A stretch of 64,000 nucleotides of DNA from Callorhinchus milii. Taxonomy: Eukaryota. Made by a program: the position numbers and the translations under genes. The stretch covers positions 9,052,001 through 9,116,000 of the forward strand of contig NW_024704764.1 in assembly GCF_018977255.1 (NCBI RefSeq), written 5' to 3'. Below the pieces are notes generated by a model. That model saw only the letters and a program-made list of their open reading frames with translations, was not told the DNA's origin and searched no databases. Of this stretch, positions 50,201-64,000 are shown one piece after another. The number at the start of each line of letters is the position of its first letter. Positions within the stretch are counted from its first letter, which is position 1.

Positions 50201-50979
50201 GTGTGTGTGTGTGTCTCTCCCTCTCTATCAGTCTGTCTCTCTCTCTATGTGTGTGTGTGTGTCTCTCCCTCTCTATCAGTCTGTCTCTCTCTATGTGTGT
50301 GTGTGTGTCTCTCCCTCTCTATCAGTCTGTGTCTCTCTATGTGTGTGTGTGTGTCTCTCCCTCTCTATCAGTCTGTCTCTCTCTCTATGTGTGTGTGTGT
50401 GTCTCTCCCTCTCTATCAGTCTGTCTCTCTCTATGTGTGTGTGTGTGTCTCTCCCTCTCTATCAGTCTGTGTCTCTCTCTCTCTGTGTGTGTGTCTCTCC
50501 CTCTCTATCAGTCTGTGTCTCTCTCTCTCTATGTGTGTGTCTCTCCNNNNNNNNNNNNNNNNNNNNNNNNNNNNNNNNNNNNNNNNNNNNNNNNNNNNNN
50601 NNNNNNNNNNNNNNNNNNNNNNNNNNNNNNNNNNNNNNNNNNNNNNNNNNNNNNNNNNNNNNNNNNNNNNNNNNNNNNNNNNNNNNNNNNNNNNNNNNNN
50701 NNNNNNNNNNNNNNNNNNNNNNNNNNNNNNNNNNNNNNNNNNNNNNNNNNNNNNNNNNNNNNNNNNNNCACGTCTCCCGTTTTACCTTTCGAAAAGCAGC
50801 CGCAACATGTAGATCGCCCAAGTCCACGGCACCAGAAAGTACAGGTCCTTGAGTCGGGGGTAGATCGGGTTCTGGGAGTTCTCCAACTGAGCTCTGGTTA
50901 CGTTGTGTGGCAGCCAGAAGCCCTCGTCCCACACCGAGATAGAGACCCACATCGGGAGCCAACCTCGACCCCCCTCCAT
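40132..50979 (-). CDS. Ceramide synthase, CERS5/CERS6-like (Hox-like plus TLC/Lag1p domain), 10 exons, about 367 aa
   Basis: Exons 50979-50786, 47154-47049, 46472-46342, 44715-44658, 43027-42977, 42469-42377, 41995-41867, 41508-41402, 40876-40720, 40209-40132; 1104 nt, all GT-AG, open frame. Has [33 protein letters not shown], the Lag1p motif [13 protein letters not shown]...[27 protein letters not shown] and VSKDDRSD. An alternative start ATG is at 50952. Confidence 0.93.
43280..44270 (+). mobile_element. CR1-clade LINE, 5'-truncated and decayed (RT C-terminus and 3' end)
   Basis: Translates [16 protein letters not shown]...AKLADD...[29 protein letters not shown] and [14 protein letters not shown], with frameshifts. 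Confidence 0.9.
45700..45838 (+). mobile_element. CR1-type 3' tail
   Basis: cagatcagccgtgatctt...gaatggaggaacaggcttgaggggctaaatggcctcct. Similar tails at about 22415-22460 (+), 14165-14210 (-), 8978-9030 (-) and 45035-45090 (-). Confidence 0.7.
49513..50546. repeat. About 40-bp compound microsatellite array (CTCTCCCTCTCTATCAGTCTGTCTCTCTCTATGTGTGTGTGTGT)n in CERS intron 1, broken by gaps
   Basis: Tandem units read directly between N-runs. Confidence 0.92.
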
Positions 50980-51164
50980 CCTGCAACTGCCAACGTTACA
51001 CACAGTGTCTCACAACTCCGTCTGTCTGTCTGTCTGTGTGTCTCTTACTCACTCTCACTCACTCTCACTCACTCCACTCAATTGCTCACTGCCTGAGGTT
51101 TAACGTGACCTCCCAGTTCTCTGCCCCCCTCCCCATCTCGATTGGTCGAACATATTCGAAAATA

Positions 51165-51199
<35 letters not shown>

Positions 51200-52227
51200 T
51201 CTCTCTCTCTCTCTCCCCCTCGGAGTTCCACGGGAACAATCAATGCATTTTTTGGATCGAAACAGAACNNNNNNNNNNNNNNNNNNNNNNNNNNNNNNNN
51301 NNNNNNNNNNNNNNNNNNNNNNNNNNNNNNNNNNNNNNNNNNNNNNNNNNNNNNNNNNNNNNNNNNNNNNNNNNNNNNNNNNNNNNNNNNNNNNNNNNNN
51401 NNNNCTCCCTCTCTCTATCTCTCTCTTGTCTCTCTCTCTCTCTGTCTCCCTGTCTCTATCTCCCTCTCTCTCTCTCTCTTGTCTCTCTCTCTCTCTGTCT
51501 CCCTGTCTCTATCTCCCTCNNNNNNNNNNNNNNNNNNNNNNNNNNNNNNNNNNNNNNNNNNNNNNNNNNNNNNNNNNNNNNNNNNNNNNNNNNNNNNNNN
51601 NNNNNNNNNNNNNNNNNNNNNNNNNNNNNNNNNNNNNNNNNNNNNNNNNNNNNNNNNNNNAATGATTTAAGAACCCAAACCCTTTTGCACAGGGACACAG
51701 TCAACACTGTAGGGAACACCCCCTCTCCCTCTCTCTGGGCACATGGGGCTGTTATCTGAACCAAACCCTGATGNNNNNNNNNNNNNNNNNNNNNNNNNNN
51801 NNNNNNNNNNNNNNNNNNNNNNNNNNNNNNNNNNNNNNNNNNNNNNNNNNNNNNNNNNNNNNNNNNNNNNNNNNNNNNNNNNNNNNNNNNNNNNNNNNNN
51901 NNNNNNNNNNNNNNNNNNNNGACTGTACCAGAGACACAGCTCAACACACTTCCTCGTCTGCCTGTTCAATTATGAAATAGTCTCCCTCTCCTCCCCATCT
52001 CTCTTCTCAAATTGGTTTCGTTTTCTCCCCCCCCCCCCTCCCCTCTTCTTTCCATCCCACGCACCAACCCCCCCCCCCCCCCCCCCCACCTCTGAAACTG
52101 CATGTGTGGCCAAAGCATGAATCAAGTAAAAAGTCACACAATTTCTTTAAAACTTTTTTGGAGGGACAAAAGAGCAATAAATGTGCCTCGTCAGTAGAAT
52201 TTCCATATACACATCCATATGCAGATT

Positions 52228-52360
52228 AGTTACACGACTAGTTACTACACACACATACATACAGTTACCCAACTAGTTACTACACACATACATACAGTTA
52301 CCCAACCAGTTACTACACACACATACATACAGTTACCCAACTAGTTACTACACAGATACA
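52228..52360. repeat. About 36-bp tandem repeat (ACTAGTTACTACACACACATACATACAGTTACCCA), 3-4 copies
   Basis: Direct repeats seen. Confidence 0.85.
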
Positions 52361-52679
52361 TTTACACAAACAGTCACTACGCATACACACACATATAATT
52401 ACACAAGGATTATTATATTGTATTATTATTATGCAAATCGTCACTACACATACACAGGTACAATTAGGGGCGGTCTGGATATACCGGAAATTTCCCGACT
52501 TCCCTGTGAATGGTTCCACTCCTCTCCCCTCGTTTTGTCCTGACAATCCCGTATGTGACCTATCCACCAGAAGCAGCTCCCTCCTCCATTCCAGCAGCCT
52601 CTGACGGGCTAAAGTCCACCCGAACAGACATGGCCGGTGACCTCGGTTTAATTCTCATCCCATTGCTGTATTGGGGGCG

Positions 52680-53800
52680 GGCGGGGGGGCATTGGTGTGT
52701 TGGGGGGCATTGGTGTGTTGGGAGGGGTGATGGTGTGTTGGGAGGTAATGTGTGTTGGGGGGTGGGCATTGGTGTGTTGGGGGGATGATGTGTGTTGGGG
52801 GGATGATGGCGTGTTGGGGGGATGATGGCGTGTTGGGGGGATGATGGCGTGTTGGGGGAATGATGTGTTTTGGGGGGTGGGCATTGGTGTGTTGGGGGGG
52901 GTGATGGTGTGTTGGGGGGTGTGGGCATTGGTGTGTTGGGGGGATGATGGTGTGTTTTGGGGGGTGGGCATTGGTGTGTTGGAGGGGTGATGGTGTGTTG
53001 GGGGGATGGGCATTGGTGTGCTGGGGGGCATTGGTGTGTTGTGGGGGGTGATGGTGGGTTGGGGGGAGGGTGATGGTGTGTTGGGGGGCATTGGTGTGTT
53101 GGGGGGGGAGGGGTGATGGGGTGTTGGGGGGAGGGGTGATGGTGGGTTGGGGGGGAGGGGTGATGGTGGGTTGGGGGGAGGGGTGATGGTGGGTTGGGGG
53201 GAGGGGTGATGGGGTGTTGGGGGGGCATTGGTGTGTTGGGGGGGGAGGGGTGATGGTGGGTTGGGGGGGGAGGGGTGATGGTGTGTTGGGGGGAGGGGTG
53301 ATGGGGTGTTGGGGGGAGGGGTGATGGTGGGTTGGGGGGAGGGGTGATGGTGTGTTGGGGGGAGGGGTGATGGTGTGTTGGGGGGGCATTGGTGTGTTGG
53401 GGGGGGAGGGGTGATGGTGGGTTGGGGGGGAGGGGTGATGGTGGGTTGGGGGGGAGGGGTGATGGGTGTTGGGGGGAGGGGTGATGGTGGGTTGGGGGGG
53501 AGGGGTGATGGGGTGTTGGGGGGAGGGGTGATGGTGGGTTGGGGGGGAGGGGTGATGGGGTGTTGGGGGGAGGGGTGATGGTGGTTGGGGGGGGAGGGGT
53601 GATGGGGTGTTGGGGGGAGGGGTGATGGTGGGTTGGGGAGGGGTGATGGGTGTTGGGGGGGGGAGGGGTGATGGGGTGTTGGGGGGAGGGGTGATGGTGG
53701 GTTGGGGGGGGAGGGGTGATGGGGTGTTGGGGGGAGGGGTGATAGGGTGTTGGGGGGGGAGGGGTGATGGGGTGTTGGGGGGAGGGGTGATGGTGGGTTG
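52680..53800. repeat. G-rich minisatellite, about 18-25 bp units (GGGGTGATGGTGGGTTGGGGGGA and GGGCATTGGTGTGTTGGG)
   Basis: Tandem array read directly; it produces the Pro/His-rich spurious ORFs. Confidence 0.95.
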
Positions 53801-54196
53801 ATAATAATCATCGTAACGCTTGCATTTGACGGAGTATCCTTTGAGGCGCCTCAAAGCGCTTCACGGGATACAACGTTGCACTTGGAAAGGACTGAGTGAG
53901 TGAGTGAGTGAGAGCGAGTGAGTGACGTGAGAGGGGGAGGAGACGCGGTAGTGGGCGGGGCTGCGTGGCCAGCGCGCGCGCGCTGACGTCACGGCGGCGC
54001 GGCGCGGGCGGGGCGCTGACGTGGCGCTCGCGCCGGGCGTGGGCGCGGGCGCGGCGACGTCCGTCGGCGTCAACCGCCGAGCGCCGGAGCGCGAACGGCG
54101 GCCGCTGTCGTCGAGCGAGCGTCGGCCGCGCTGACAAACCCCTCACCCCCTCACACACACACACCCTCACACACACCCACACACACAGAGAGAGAC

Positions 54197-64000
<9,804 letters not shown>

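Noticed and set aside
49201-51096. 427-631 aa Cys/Val/Ser/Leu ORFs
   Set aside because: Microsatellite plus N-gap read-through artefacts.
52228-52360. Regularly spaced 36-bp repeats resembling a CRISPR array
   Set aside because: Head-to-tail units with no unique spacers, in a vertebrate context with no cas genes.
52560-53854. Long Pro/His/Thr-rich ORFs (222-399 aa)
   Set aside because: Translations of the G-rich minisatellite, open in several frames, with no splice or domain support.

Overview
Vertebrate genomic DNA, not prokaryotic. The abundant tRNA-headed SINE with an L2-like tail, Deu-domain SINE, CR1 and L2 relics suggest a cartilaginous fish, probably a chimaera; this is inference. 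The assembly is gapped, with many N-runs. Six multi-exon genes were rebuilt by hand from GT-AG sites and reading frame: a copper amine oxidase (AOC2/AOC3-like, +), G6PC1 (-), AARSD1 (-), PTGES3L (-), a CERS5/6-like ceramide synthase (-) and the 5' part of RUNDC1 (+). This matches the human 17q21 block AOC2/3-G6PC1-AARSD1-PTGES3L-RUNDC1 with two differences: an intact extra ceramide synthase lies between PTGES3L and RUNDC1 (candidate third CERS5/6 ohnolog lost from the mammalian locus), and G6PC1 is inverted. Other points of interest are a 30-nt in-frame stop microexon that could switch PTGES3L versus a PTGES3L-AARSD1 fusion, a MEF2/CArG/E-box muscle-type promoter, a conserved G6PC promoter with a candidate upstream enhancer, an internally deleted tandem AOC duplicate, and a G-rich minisatellite between divergent promoters. 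Most ORFs in the supplied track are repeat or N-gap artefacts. Comparisons with human sequences are from recall, not from a search.
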